64,000 bases of DNA, from the NCBI GenBank assembly GCA_963741205.1, contig CAVUHW010000030.1, forward strand, positions 32,001-96,000, in the 5' to 3' direction. This document shows, piece after piece, positions 1 to 14,148 of this stretch (its first letter is position 1; every line of letters starts with the position of its first letter). The notes under the pieces were generated by a model. The model made no database searches. It had not been told where the DNA came from and was given only the letters and a program-made list of their open reading frames with translations. Position numbers and translations under genes: made by a program. The stretch comes from Nitrospirota bacterium (GTDB taxonomy: Bacteria > Nitrospirota > UBA9217).

Positions 1-2645
<2,645 letters not shown>

Positions 2646-2666
2646 GTGACTATCCTCCCTGGATAT

Positions 2667-2745
2667 GAGTCATCAGAATTTCAGAAGCCAGAAGTCAGGA
2701 GTCAGAAAAAAATTCTGACTCCTGGCTCCTGACTGCTGACTCCTG
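2667..2745. repeat. Intergenic imperfect palindrome built of ~7-nt units
   Basis: cagaagccagaagtcaggagtcagaa ... ttctgactcctggctcctgactgctgactc. Confidence 0.75.
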
Positions 2746-4819
2746 TCATTTCTCTTCAGTGCTCAACACCAGCCGCGAGAAATCCGCGATCTGCGAAAAG
2801 AGCCCCGTGATGCCGGCCAGGAGCGCCAGGCGGTTCGCCTTGAGCGCGGCGTCCTTGTCCATGACCATGACCGTATCGAAAAAAGCGTCGACGGTCCTGC
2901 GGAGTGAAGCAATGTCCGCAAGTGCGCCCCGGAAATCGAGCTTCTCGGTCTTTTCGACGACGCGGTCCTTGATTTCCGCGAACGCGGCGTAGAGCGCCTT
3001 TTCAGCGTCCTGCGTGAGCAGCCCCTCGCTGACGGCGCCGGCAAAACCCTTCGGCAGGATGTTGCCGGCCCGCTTGAGCGCCGTTACCAGCGGCTGGTAG
3101 TCCACCGAAACGCGCAGCGCGTCAAGTGCCCTGACCTTCTCGCGTCCGATGACCGGATCATCGAACCCGACGGACAGCGCGGCATCCACAATATCGGAAC
3201 GGAGCCCCTCGGACGCCAGCATGCCGGAAAGCCGCTGACGCAAAAAGTCCAGGGTCTCCGCCGCGACCCTGTCGGCCTTCTCAAGGCCGTATCCCTTGCA
3301 GGCCTCGGCGACGAGAGCCGAGAGCGATAGCCTGAGCCCCCGGTCAAGAAGCATAGTGAGGATGGCAACGGACTGCCTTCTAAGGCCGTAGGGGTCTTCG
3401 GACCCGCTCGGGATAAGCCCGGCCGAGAAGCACCCCGTGATCGTATCGATGCGGTCGGCAATCCCGACAGCAGACGCCTTCGAGCGAATTCGGAAGCTTA
3501 TCGCCGGCAAAACGCGGCAGATAGTGTTCGAGTATGGCGTCCGCCACAGCGGGGGCTTCGCCGGAGTTCAGCGCATAATGCCTGCCCATCACGCCCTGGA
3601 GCTTGGGAAACTCACCAACGACGCCCGTGAGCAGGTCCGCCTTGCACAACAGCGCCGCCCGTTCCGACGCCTGGATATCCGCCTTGAAGACGTCGGCCAG
3701 GTATCCGGCAAGCGCCTTCACGCGCATGGTCTTGTCGTAGAGCGTGCCAAGCTTCTCCTGGTACGTAACTTTTTTAAGACCATCTACCCGGTCGGCCAGG
3801 GGCAGTTTCACGTCGTGGTCGAAGAAGTATGCCGCGTCGGAAAGCCGCGCGGCGAGCACGCGCTCGTTCCCTGCCCGGACGATCTCCATGTCCTCGGCCC
3901 GCGTGTTGCTGATCGTGATGAAATAAGGGAGCAGGTTGCCGGTTTTGTCCACCACGCTGAAGTAGCGCTGATGCTCGCGCATGGCCGTGATCAGGACCTC
4001 TTTCGGCACCCGGAGGTAATCCTTGTTGAAGTCGCCCATGACCGCGACCGGATACTCCAGGAGGTTCGCTACTTCATCGACGAGACCGGGGTCGTCGAGC
4101 ACGATTCCGTTCCTCGACAAGGCCATTTCTTCGGTCTGCTTCGCAATGCGCTGCCTGCGCGCTTGCGGTTCGGCGATAACGAAGTTCGGTTCCAACTGGG
4201 AGTAATAGGATTTGAAATCCTTGACGAGGAATGCGCCGGGACTCATGAACCGGTGGCCGCGCGAGAGGGTGCCGCTCTTGATCCCGTTCAGCCGGAAGTC
4301 GACGACGGCGCCGCCCCACAGGGCAAGCAGCCAGTGGATGGGACGGGCAAACCGTATGTCCTTGTCCATCCAGCGCATGGACTTAGGGAACGGGATGGAC
4401 AGGATGAAGCCGGGCAGCGCCTGTTTGAGCCAATCACCCGTGTCGCCGCCTTTTTCATCAATCCGGGCAACTACGTAATCGCCCTTATCCGTAGACTTGA
4501 ACGTGAGCGCGTCAACGGGGACGCCGTTCTTCTCGGCGAAGACCGTCGCGGCCTTGGTCGGTTTTCCCTCGGCATCAAAGGCGACCTTCCTCGGCGGGCC
4601 GACCACTTCCTTCGAGATATCAGCCTGGCGCTCGTCCATGTCGGGGCAATACAGGACCAGGCGTCTCGGCGTGCCGAAGGCCCTCAGGTCTCCTCGCGAG
4701 GCAACACGTCCCGAGGCAAGGAGCGCGGCAAAAAGCTCCTTCATCTTCTCAAGCGCCGGATTGAGGAAGCGGGACGGGATCTCTTCGGTGCCGATCTCTA
4801 ATAAGAATTCTTTTCCCAA
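2746..4819 (-). CDS. glyS: Glycine--tRNA ligase beta subunit (frameshift near 3470, probably an assembly indel)
   Basis: [32 protein letters not shown] in ORF 3380-4852; [11 protein letters not shown] and the anticodon-binding C-terminus in ORF 2746-3510. TTG start at 4819 follows GGAGA. Confidence 0.95.
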
Positions 4820-4847
4820 AATATCTCCAAAGACAAAAATGATCGCA

Positions 4848-4934
4848 ACCACAGATGAACACGGATTAACACGGATAATAAACCTGAGAAAATTTCTGCT
4901 TTAAAAACCGTGCCCATCTGTGTTCATCTGTGGC
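4848..4934. repeat. Intergenic inverted repeat (9-nt unit type)
   Basis: accacagatgaacacggattaacacgg ... ccgtgcccatctgtgttcatctgtgg. Confidence 0.75.
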
Positions 4935-4940
4935 TACGCG

Positions 4941-5810
4941 CTATTTCTTCAGCATCGGAAAGCCCTTCGCCTCGCGGTCTGCTAGGTACGCGTGGGCGCA
5001 GAGCCTGGCGAGCTTGCGCACCCGGGCGATATAGCCCGTGCGCTCGGTCACGCTGATGGCGCCTGCTGCGTCCAGAAGGTTGAAGGTATGCGAACACTTG
5101 AGGCAGTAGTCGTAGGCCGGAAGAACGACGCCGGCCTTGACGAGCTTCTCGCTCTCCTTCTCATAAGACTCGAACTGCCGGAACAGCATGTCACGGTCCG
5201 AGAGCTCGAAGTTATATTTCGAAAACTGCACTTCGCTGTCGTGGTGGATATCGCCGTACTTGACGCCCCTGGTCCACTCGAGGTCGTAAACATTGTTCAC
5301 TCCCTGGAGGTACATGGCAAGCCGTTCGACACCGTAGGTCAGCTCGGCGGAAATGGGTTTCAGGTCGATGCCGCCCACCTGCTGAAAATACGTGAACTGG
5401 GTGACCTCCATGCCGTTCAGCCAGACCTCCCAGCCCAGACCCCAGGCGCCGAGCGTCGGAGATTCCCAATCGTCCTCAACAAAACGGATATCGTGTTTGA
5501 GGGGATTGATGCCGAGTTCGACGAGGCTTTCAAGATAGAGGTCCTGAACATTTTCCGGATGTGGCTTGAGGATCACCTGGAACTGGTAGTAATGCTGCAG
5601 CCGGTTGGGGTTCTCCCCGTAGCGTCCGTCAGTGGGTCTTCGCGAAGGCTGGACATAGGCGGCGCTCCAGGGTTCGGGACCGAGCACGCGAAGAAACGTG
5701 GCGGGATGAAAGGTCCCGGCGCCGACTTCGGTGTCGTAAGGCTGGTGAAGAACGCAGCCCTTCGAGGCCCAGAAACTCTGTAGAGTCAATATAAGATCTT
5801 GAAATGTCAA
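4941..5810 (-). CDS. glyQ: Glycine--tRNA ligase alpha subunit
   Basis: [52 protein letters not shown]. Confidence 0.98.
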   Translation of the reverse strand: MTFQDLILTLQSFWASKGCVLHQPYDTEVGAGTFHPATFLRVLGPEPWSAAYVQPSRRPTDGRYGENPNRLQHYYQFQVILKPHPENVQDLYLESLVELGINPLKHDIRFVEDDWESPTLGAWGLGWEVWLNGMEVTQFTYFQQVGGIDLKPISAELTYGVERLAMYLQGVNNVYDLEWTRGVKYGDIHHDSEVQFSKYNFELSDRDMLFRQFESYEKESEKLVKAGVVLPAYDYCLKCSHTFNLLDAAGAISVTERTGYIARVRKLARLCAHAYLADREAKGFPMLKK

Positions 5811-5860
5811 TGATTGCCCCTGCCTGAGAAAAACAGGAAAAGATGGAAAAATAGAGTGTT

Positions 5861-5888
5861 ATTATACAAAAAAACGTTCTGTTGTCAA
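5861..5888 (-). promoter_or_regulatory. Sigma70 promoter of glyQS-ppdK
   Basis: Minus strand reads TTGACA-N16-TATAAT. Confidence 0.75.
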
Positions 5889-5967
5889 GAAAATATGCGG
5901 TTATTTAAAGGATTTATAAGGGAATTGAAGAGGAAAATAGGGGGATGCCTCGTACCCGGATATGTTG

Positions 5968-8173
5968 TCACACCTGCCACATCATGGCCTCGAAGTCGTC
6001 GGTCGGGACCTTGAACTGGATGTATCCGCGGTAGGGCCACTTTTCCACTTCCGATCCTGAGCGCTCTACCGTAATGAAAAACTGGACGTCCTCGTTCGGT
6101 TTGACGCCGAGCAGTTCGAAGGGAACGGCAAGTTCGATGATATCATTCGCCGCGACGGTATTGATCACGGCGGCCTGCCGGCGGTTCCCGTTCTCTCCCC
6201 GGAAGAGCAGCGCGCTCACGCGCCTGTCCTGCGGGAGGACGCGAATTTCCACATCGAACCCCTTGGGAGAGAGGAAGGTGATGAAAAAAGCGAGTTCCGC
6301 CACCTTCTCATCCTTCAGGCTGCCGCTTGGGTCGAGGCGGATGAACATATTCTTCAGATCAAACCCGTAGTAGATGTGAGTGATGACTGATGCGCCCCGG
6401 TGCATGGCGCCTCCGCCCTGGCTTACGTCATAGAACCCGGCCGAGAGCCACTCGAAGTAATTGGTCACGGTGCCGTCGATCGTCGGAGAGATAAAGGCGG
6501 TCAGTTCCACGGTGGGCAGCGCCTGCCGGTCCTCGCGGAGGATGGGGATCTGAAGTTCATCGGGCACGTCCAGGCCGAGGATGCGGTAGACATTCATCAG
6601 GTGCGTCCTGAACAGGAGGTCGAACTCCTCGTCGTTCTCGGAAAAGTGGTCGTCGCCGTACCACCAGCACCAGTCGCTCCCTTCGGCGATGTAGATCTCC
6701 TCCCAGGCCTTCGCGAGCTTCTCCGGGTCGCCGTTCCGCGAGGCATAATCCGTGAGCGCCTGCCGCGTCTGCGACAGCAGGTCCCACGCCTGGTTGTCCT
6801 CTTCATGCCCGATCCAGACGCGGAAATTCGCGTTGATCCAGGAGCCCGCGTGCAGCCGCTCGATGCTGTCCCGGGCCGGGTGCTCATTCAGGTATTCGCC
6901 CACGGTCACGCACCGGAGCCCCTGTTCGCTGCTCAGCCGTTCATAGAGATACAGGAAGAAGTCCCGGCCGTCGTTCTGATAATATTCCCAGGCGTTCTCG
7001 CCGTCCAGGATGATCGACACCAGATGCGGTCCCTCCGGCAGCCCCCGTCGGACCCGGTGGAGGCGGTCGATGAGGTCGTTGACCGCATTCTTGTAATCCC
7101 ATTTCGAATACACGAAGCCGATGAGATCCGAAAGCGTATGGTCGCGAAACACGATCGAAACCTGTTTGTCCCCCTTGCCGGCGAGATAGGGTTTGTAGAG
7201 TAACGCGGGATTTTTCATCACGCCGGCGAAATCCCGCTCGATATGGATGCCGAGAGAGCGGGCGAGCACCCCCTCGTCCGTCGCGATCCACGTAATGCCC
7301 GCGCCGGCCAGGAGCGGAATGATATCCTCCGACACCGATCCCTCGGCGGGCCACATCCCCCGTGGCCGCGAACCGAAGAGTTCCTCATGGTACGCAAGCG
7401 CGCGCTCGATCTGGGCCTTGGCGTCCTCGGGATGGGAAAAACGGTGCTGCCGGGAGACGGATGTCGGGAGAGGCCACCCTGGCGAGGTCCGTGTCGTACA
7501 GGAGCGGGAGAATCGGGTGATAGAACGGGGTGGTCGTCAGCTCGATCCGGCCCTTCTCGGCAAGTTTCTTATACTCCGGAATGATGAGCGCCATGATGTC
7601 GCGCTGCTTCTGGATCAGAAGGACCTTCTCCTTCTCGGTGAAACCCGACCCCTTCCGGATCAGTTCCTTGAGAAACGGATCGTTTTGCTTGAAGAGCGGA
7701 TCGAACCAGGTAAGGTTGAACCAGACCTGCAGATCAAGATAGTCCTGCGTCGTATAGTACCGCGTGGCGTTCCAGAGGTCGTTGGGGGAAACGCTGTAGC
7801 CCCTCCGGTCAAGAAGCTGCCAGTAGGCCGGATAGGGCTTGATCATGGTGTCCCAGTTCGCCATGAAGGAGTTCTTGAGCAGGAACAGCTTGTCGTCATC
7901 GTCGAGTTCGCTGGCCGGCTTGAGCGTCAGAGTGAGGAACTTGTCGGTCGCGCCGTTCTCCACGTAGTCGCGTATCTGCTTGAGCAGAGAAGGAACGAGA
8001 TTGAAGGTCTGGTGGATCCGGGGGAAATCCTCAAGGAGCGACGGCATGTCGTAATAATCCTTGATGCCGTGCATCCGGACCCACGGAAGGATATAGGAAT
8101 CCGAGATATCGTCCTTGTAGTATGGCTGGTGCATGTGCCAGACGAAGGCTATGTTAAGCGGGTAGTCGGACAT
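5968..8173 (-). CDS. Glycoside hydrolase family 57 (amylopullulanase-like), frameshift near 7400
   Basis: WHMHQPYY, PFYHPILPLL, WPAEG (nucleophile), ILDGENAWE (acid/base), AEGSDWCWW. Confidence 0.92.
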
Positions 8174-8303
8174 GGCGACAAGGACAAGCTCGAAGTTCTA
8201 AGCTCGAAACTCTAAATTACCGTTCAAGATTCAACGCTGCACTGAAATTTTGAATATTCGATATTATTTCAAATTCAGGATTTCGAATTTAGGATTTTTT
8301 TTC

Positions 8304-8630
8304 CTACGGTTCGCCATAATAGTACACTATCTCACCGGGACGCGCAAGCCCGAGTTTGTCCCGGGCGATTTTCTCCAGATGGTCGGGATCGCTTCTCAAG
8401 GCGCGGACGTCCCTGAGCAGCCTGGCATTGTCATGGTGGAGCGTTGCGATATCCTCGGTAAGGGAATTGAACCTCGCTTTCATCCGGTAATACTTGATCA
8501 GGCCCATCTCACCGAAGGTGAAGGACGCGAGGAGGTAGGCGCCGGCAAGGATGCCCGCGGCGATAAGCACTTTCCGGTTGCGGGAATGCCGGGAATTCCG
8601 GTCAGATTTTAAATAATTCCTCTTGCGCAT
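8304..8630 (-). CDS. FtsB/DivIC septum formation initiator family protein
   Basis: One TM helix, GEMG, coiled coil, LEKIARDKLGLARPGEIVY. Confidence 0.85.
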   Translation of the reverse strand: MRKRNYLKSDRNSRHSRNRKVLIAAGILAGAYLLASFTFGEMGLIKYYRMKARFNSLTEDIATLHHDNARLLRDVRALRSDPDHLEKIARDKLGLARPGEIVYYYGEP

Positions 8631-8696
8631 GACTCGACGTATGAAGCCGCGGTCGCCTGTTACGAAAAAGTCTCAACACGATGAAACATCAAACGG

Positions 8697-8777
8697 GTCA
8701 TTCCCGCAATGCCTTTGAGGGGAATCCATTTTATTCACTCCAAGATGGTTCCCCGATAGCGGCATTAGGGGATGACG
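8697..8777. repeat. RS3/REP-like palindromic element
   Basis: gtcattcccgc..gggaatcca ... tggttccccg..ggggatgac. Confidence 0.55.
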
Positions 8778-8802
8778 AACTATTTTGTATCGTCACCAGA
8801 TC

Positions 8803-8836
8803 CAAAAACAAAGCCACGAAGACCGGCTTCGTGGCA
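8803..8836 (-). terminator. Intrinsic terminator after Lys-rich micro-ORF B
   Basis: Stem gccacgaag/cttcgtggc, followed by TTTGTTTTT on the minus strand. Confidence 0.75.
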
Positions 8837-8888
8837 GTGTGTCAGCTATTCAGCTCATGGATTTTCCTATCCATACATTTTACATCAC

Positions 8889-8945
8889 TTATTTCTTTTT
8901 TGTGGTCTTCTTCGCCTTTTTTGCCGGGGCTTTCTTCGTCGCCAT
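8889..8945 (-). CDS. Lys-rich micropeptide B, MATKKAPAKKAKKTTKKK (18 aa)
   Basis: Strong SD in GGAAGGGGGTGATGAGTA-ATG, TAA stop, own terminator. Below the ORF-track cutoff. Confidence 0.72.
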   Translation of the reverse strand: MATKKAPAKKAKKTTKKK

Positions 8946-9077
8946 TACTCATCACCCCCTTCCTTTGCACGCTGGTTAGAGAATAAAATGTGAAGAATGA
9001 TGCCGCTGCACCGCATTTCATGAAGGGTCTTGAAATAGTAACGACTTATGAGATCGTACACGCTGTTTTTACTGTCG

Positions 9078-9111
9078 CTAAATACGCCGGGGGCATTCCT
9101 TGCCCCCGGCG
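9078..9111 (-). terminator. Hairpin terminator after Lys-rich micro-ORF A
   Basis: Perfect 11-bp stem cgccgggggca/tgcccccggcg, followed by TATTT on the minus strand. Confidence 0.65.
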
Positions 9112-9141
9112 GGCCCCACTACGGGACGCGATGTGCGAAAG

Positions 9142-9204
9142 CTACTTCTTTTTGGTGGCTTTCTTCTTGGTCGCCTTCTTCTTTGCCTTCTTCTTGGCTG
9201 CCAT
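9142..9204 (-). CDS. Lys-rich micropeptide A, MAAKKKAKKKATKKKATKKK (20 aa)
   Basis: SD in GAAAGGGGGTGGAGAGCTA-ATG, TAG stop, mixed synonymous codons, followed by a hairpin. Confidence 0.72.
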   Translation of the reverse strand: MAAKKKAKKKATKKKATKKK

Positions 9205-9251
9205 TAGCTCTCCACCCCCTTTCGGTATACCGCATTCGGACCCAAGCGGCC

Positions 9252-9713
9252 TTATCTTGAAACAAGCTGAGGAACATCGTTCAGCAGTGACATCTGCGAG
9301 TATTTCTCCCGGATCTTGCCGTTCACGAGTTCGAGGAATTCTTCGGCATCTTTGATCGCCTGCCCGGCCTCGTACCGGGAGATGATGCGGCCGGCTTCTT
9401 CCATGAAACTCTGATATTTTCTCCGCATCCGGTCGAATTTATTGATGAGGCTTTTATACTGCTCGCCGAGAAGCATCCCGGCCGCGGTCACCACGGTCTT
9501 TTGCGCGTCTCTGCCCCGGACCCCTTTGGGCCGGAATCCCTCGGAGAGGATAAGGGCCCTCGCCGAGCGGGCCATTGCAAGGTAGGCCGCCGCAAACGCC
9601 CACTCTTCGTCTTTGTCCTGAAGGAGTTTGCTCGTCGAGAGGTCCCGGTCCGCCCTGGTCACGAGAGCAATGATCTCCGTAATCTCCGGGGCGCGCTCCT
9701 CAACGATGCCCAT
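9252..9713 (-). CDS. HEPN-fold protein lacking the catalytic Rx4-6H motif
   Basis: WAFAAAYLAMARSARAL and AIKDAEEFL helices typical of HEPN; lies next to an MNT gene; no His anywhere in the protein. Confidence 0.75.
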   Translation of the reverse strand: MGIVEERAPEITEIIALVTRADRDLSTSKLLQDKDEEWAFAAAYLAMARSARALILSEGFRPKGVRGRDAQKTVVTAAGMLLGEQYKSLINKFDRMRRKYQSFMEEAGRIISRYEAGQAIKDAEEFLELVNGKIREKYSQMSLLNDVPQLVSR

Positions 9714-9725
9714 TCTTTCAGCGCT

Positions 9726-10292
9726 TCATAAGTCATCTTCCTTACCTACCAGGAAAATCTTTTTGCCTTTCAGTAACTCCCGGATAAAGGGGTCTTTCGA
9801 TTCCTTCCGTTTCCGGTACTCCTGCTCATCAAAAACCAGATAATCGATATCCCGCTTCAGCTTTTCCTCCAGGCCCATGACCATGTCGTTCAATTCCGTG
9901 ATGTTCGCCTGGCCGATGACCATGAGGTTGATGTTGCTGTCCTCTTTTTCCGCCCCCTTTGCATAGGAGCCGTAGATGAAGGCCACCTGGACTCCCTTCA
10001 GCCGGGACAGCGATGTCTTCATGGCGCCCTGAGCGCCGGTGGTCTTGAAGATCAGACCTTTCATCTCGGAGAAGATCGGAGAGTTTTTGTTCGCGAAGTA
10101 GTATTTCTGCACCCCCCGCTTCTCTTTTCCGAGAAGCCCGATCTTGACCAGTTTGTCAAGCTCCCGCTTGATCCCCGCCGCATCCTTGCCGATGTGTCGC
10201 GCTATCTCTCTCAGATAGAACCGGTCGTCCGGATTGTTAAAGAACAGGCCTAAAAGCTCCGCTCTCGTGGAAGAGAAGAGTTTTGTCAGCAC
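9726..10292 (-). CDS. Winged-helix + minimal nucleotidyltransferase (MNT) protein with degenerate active site
   Basis: N-terminal HTH (FYLREIARHIG..IKRELDKL); AFIYGSYAKGAEKEDSNINL where GS-x10-DxD is expected. Confidence 0.85.
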   Translation of the reverse strand: MLTKLFSSTRAELLGLFFNNPDDRFYLREIARHIGKDAAGIKRELDKLVKIGLLGKEKRGVQKYYFANKNSPIFSEMKGLIFKTTGAQGAMKTSLSRLKGVQVAFIYGSYAKGAEKEDSNINLMVIGQANITELNDMVMGLEEKLKRDIDYLVFDEQEYRKRKESKDPFIRELLKGKKIFLVGKEDDL

Positions 10293-10308
10293 TTGTATTC
10301 ACCTCGTA

Positions 10309-10343
10309 GACAAAATATACTACAAGAGTGTATATTTTGTCAA
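10309..10343 (-). promoter_or_regulatory. Promoter with overlapping 12-bp inverted-repeat operator
   Basis: gacaaaatatac-N9-gtatattttgtc overlaps minus-strand TTGACA...TATATT. Confidence 0.75.
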
Positions 10344-10832
10344 CACAAATATTAAAAAAATTATATTTCCGATGACTTAGACAATTTATCAACACCTGAA
10401 TCAACACAATTTAAAATACGACCAAATATTATTTTTTTATATGTTATTTTCCACTTATTTATTGTGCGAGCATGGCGCGTGAATTTCACACAGGACAGCC
10501 GCAGGCTCGGACGCTCTCCGGCGAAAATACACGCGCGCTGCTCCATGAAACGTCGAATGATGGCGTAAACAGCACCCTTCCTTCATTACCTGCGCCAAGT
10601 TCCACGGCGCAGGATAACACCGTGATGAGTATGCGAATGCGTTCATGGTCTCATCCGCGTCTTCATCCAGTGCCGCGGACGGACCTGCGTTGAGATAACC
10701 TCCATTCGGACCACGGCTGAAGACGCACACCGAGGCAATCGGCAGATTTCCCTTTTGCTCGGCAGGCCACTTATGGTATACTAAAAAAAATATTTCGTTG
10801 ACATATTGTCTTCAAAAAGACATCGGAGGAAA

Positions 10833-12084
10833 ATGGATTTCAGTGAACTGGATGTGCCCTACGAAGTGAAGCAAGGAATCGAGCACTCGGGCTTTTCCAT
10901 ATTGACGCCCGTTCAGGAGGCGGTGATACCGCGAGCGGTCCGCGGAGAAGATGTCGCCGCGCAGGCGCAAACCGGTACGGGCAAGACCGCCGCCTTCCTG
11001 ATCTCGCTCTTTGCCCGCATGATCAGGAACCCGGCCCTGGACCTCGGGAACTCGCCGCAGGCGCTGATCATCGCGCCCACGCGCGAGCTTGCGGACCAGA
11101 TCTACCACGAAGCCCTGCGGCTCGGAAAGTTCACGGGCTTTCATCTTCTCGCCGTCTACGGCGGCATCGATTACCAGAAACAGATGGATGAACTCCGGAA
11201 GGGCGTCGATGTGCTTGTCGGCACGCCGGGCAGGCTCATCGATTATTTCAAGCAGAACGTTTACAGCCTCAAGAAAACCCGGTACCTGATCATCGACGAG
11301 GCCGACCGCATGTTCGACATGGGATTCATCGACGACCTGCGGTATCTTCTGAAGAAGATGCAGCCCTACACGAAGCGGCAGTCGATGCTCTTCTCCGCCA
11401 CCCTTTCCTACCGCGTGATGGAGCTTGCCTACGAATTCATGAACCTCCCGGAAAAGATCTCGATCACGCCGGAGAAGATCACCGTCGAGCAGGTGGAGCA
11501 GGTCCTTTATCACGTGGGCAAGCACGAGAAGATACCGCTGCTCCTGGGCCTCCTCAGGAAGGAACAGCCCGTCCGCACCCTCGTCTTCGTGAATACGCGG
11601 CGCGCGGCCGACATGGTCGTCGAGCGCTTGAACCGCAACGGCTGGAAGGCCGACGCGATCACCGGCGACATCGTCCAGAAAAAGCGTCTCAGGCTCCTCG
11701 CGGACTTCAAGGAAGGAAAGCTCCCCATCCTCGTGGCCACCGACGTCGCGAGCCGCGGCATCCACGTCGAGGCCGTCTCACATGTCATCAACTACGACCT
11801 CCCGCAGGACGCGGAAGACTACGTTCACCGCATCGGCCGCACCGGCCGCGCGGGAGCCGCCGGCAAGGCGCTCAGCCTGGCTGACGAGGAGTATGTTTTT
11901 TCCCTCGAAGAGATCGAAAAATATATCGGCCAGAAGATCCCCGTGGAATGGGCCGAGGAAGCCATGTACGTCAGGGAGATCCGGCGGACTGCGGAAGAAA
12001 GACAGCGTGCGGCCGCGGCTGCGCCTCAGCGCCGTTATCCCTCCGAGAAACCGCGGTTCTCGCTCACGGACAAAGAAACGCTGA
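10833..12084 (+). CDS. rhlB: DEAD-box RNA helicase (RhlB-like); 3' end uncertain
   Basis: AQTGTGKT, PTRELA, DEAD, SAT, HRIGRTGR. The ORF-track extension to 12659 runs into fadD. Confidence 0.88.
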
Positions 12085-12302
12085 CCCACCTTCCGCCCGC
12101 CAATCAAGACCGACTCTTTCCCGCAACTCCATCCGCGCATCGCCGGCCTTCACGCGCATCGGGCTTTGCTCCACACCCGGCAAACGTCTTTACCCCAGCG
12201 TGTTATAATAGTATTAGAGATTTCAGAGTGTTTCTGTCTGAAATCTCTCCCGGATGGCGCGGAAAACCGAGGCGCCGATCATCCGGGAGGGAGACCGGTT
12301 CA

Positions 12303-14022
12303 ATGACTGCCGTCATGTCCTCTGAAAATGTCGAAAGGCCTTGGCTGAAATTCTATGAGGCCGGTGTACCCCCGGTCTCGCCTACCCCGAGATACACTCT
12401 CGGTGACTGTCCTTTCCCAAACCGCAAAGAAATTCCCGCGACCATACGCGCTCATTTTTTATGGCAAAAAAATCTCCTTCGCGGAACTCGACGGACTCGT
12501 CAACCGGTTCGCCCGCGCCCTTCTGCGTCTCGGCGTCAGGAAAGGCGACCGAGTGGCGCTCATGCTTCCGAACATCCCGCAGATGGTCATCGCCTATTAC
12601 GGAACACTGCGAACCGGCGCAATAGCCGTTCCGACCAACCCCCTCTATCACGAGCATGAACTGGACATCCAGCTCAATGACAGCGGGGCCGTGATCGCTC
12701 GTGGCGGTGGATATGTTCTATCCCGTCATCTCCCGCGTCCTGCCGATGACGCGCTGTGAAGCGCCTGATCCTTTGCGGCATCAAGGACTTCCTGCCCTTT
12801 CCCCTGAACCTGCTCTACCCCTTCAAGGCGAGAATGGACAAACAGTGGGTAAGCGTTAAACGCGTGCCGCCGCATATACGATTTTCTCGACCTCATCCGT
12901 CACGAATCGCGCCGCGGCGGTGGAGACGGCTTCGTGTCGCCCGACGACACCGCGCTGCTCCAGTACACCGGCGGGCACGACGGGCGTTCCGAAAGGAGCG
13001 GTCCTTACTCACCGCAACCTCGTCGTAAACGCGGTTCAGAGCAGGTCCTGGCTCACGCTTCGGAACGAAGGAGAAACGAGTATCCTCGCCGTCATTCCCT
13101 TTTTCCATGTCTACGGAATGACCGCAGCCATGAACCTCGGCATCCTCATCGGGGCCGAGCATGATCCTCCTCCCCAAGTTCCATACAAAAGAGGTGCTCC
13201 GACGTGATCGAGAAATACCGGCCGCACAATATTCCCGGGCATCCAGGCCATGTACCTTGCCATCAGCCACTATCCGAAGATCAAGAAGTATGATCTCACG
13301 TCGCTGAAGATCGCCATCAGCGGCGCGGGCCCGCTCATGCGCGAGGTGCAGGATCGAGTTCGAACAGTTGACCCCGGCGCGGATCGTCGAGGGCTACGGC
13401 CTTTCCGAAGCGTCCCCCGTGACCCACGCGAACCCCATCTTCGGCAGGCGCAAAGTCGGCAGCATCGGCCTTCCCTGGCCGGATACCGAGGCGTGCGATC
13501 GTGGACATCGAGAGCGGCAAGAAGGCCTGCCGCTTCGGCGAGGCCGGCGAACTCGTCATCAGAGGGCCGCAGGTCATGAAGGGATACTGGAACAAACCCG
13601 ACGAGACGGCGCTGGCCCTCAGGGACGGATGGCTCCATACGGGCGACATCGCGAGGATGGACGAGGATGGCTACTTTTATATAGTCGGACGGATCAAGGA
13701 TATGATCAAGACGGTGGGCGAGAACGTCTACCCGCGCGAGGTTGAGGAAGTGCTGTACACGCATCCGAAGGTCAAGGAGGCCGTGGTCGTTGGCCTTCCC
13801 CACGAGGAATTCCTGGGCGAGAAGATCAAGGCTTATGTCGTTCTCAAGGAAGGGCAGAGCGCGACGGCAGAGGAACTCATCCAGTACTGCAGGGAGCAAC
13901 TCTCGAAGTTCAAGGTGCCGAAGGAGATAGAGTTCCGCGATCAGCTCCCGAAGACCCTGGTGGGCAAGATGCTTCGGCGCGTGCTCAGGGATGAGGAGAT
14001 GAAGAAGGTGCAGGCAAAGTAG
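12303..14022 (+). CDS. fadD: Long-chain fatty acid--CoA ligase (several indels)
   Basis: [70 protein letters not shown], spread across frames. Confidence 0.92.
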
Positions 14023-14023
14023 C

Positions 14024-14129
14024 GGGGACACGGGAAGAACGGAAAGGGGAGAAATTGCGGACAAACCTTTCGAAAATATGCACGTTGTAAAATCCGCACC
14101 TTTCCGGTTTTTCCGCAGTTCCCGTGTCC
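14024..14129. repeat. Intergenic long imperfect inverted repeat
   Basis: ggacacgggaa..cggaaa..tgcgga ... tccgca..tttccg..ttcccgtgtcc. Confidence 0.65.
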
Positions 14130-14148
14130 AGAGATGTTGAGGTGTACC

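Noticed and set aside
5811-5860. T-box riboswitch upstream of glyQS
   Set aside because: The leader is only ~45 nt, too short, and has no T-box motif.
10440-10750. Possible ncRNA between the MNT gene and the helicase
   Set aside because: No recognisable tRNA, 6S, SRP or riboswitch motif; only small hairpins.
10806-12659. 617-aa ORF that looks like a helicase-FadD fusion
   Set aside because: It reads through an intergenic region with its own TGTTATAAT promoter and an SD before ATG 12303; best explained by an indel.
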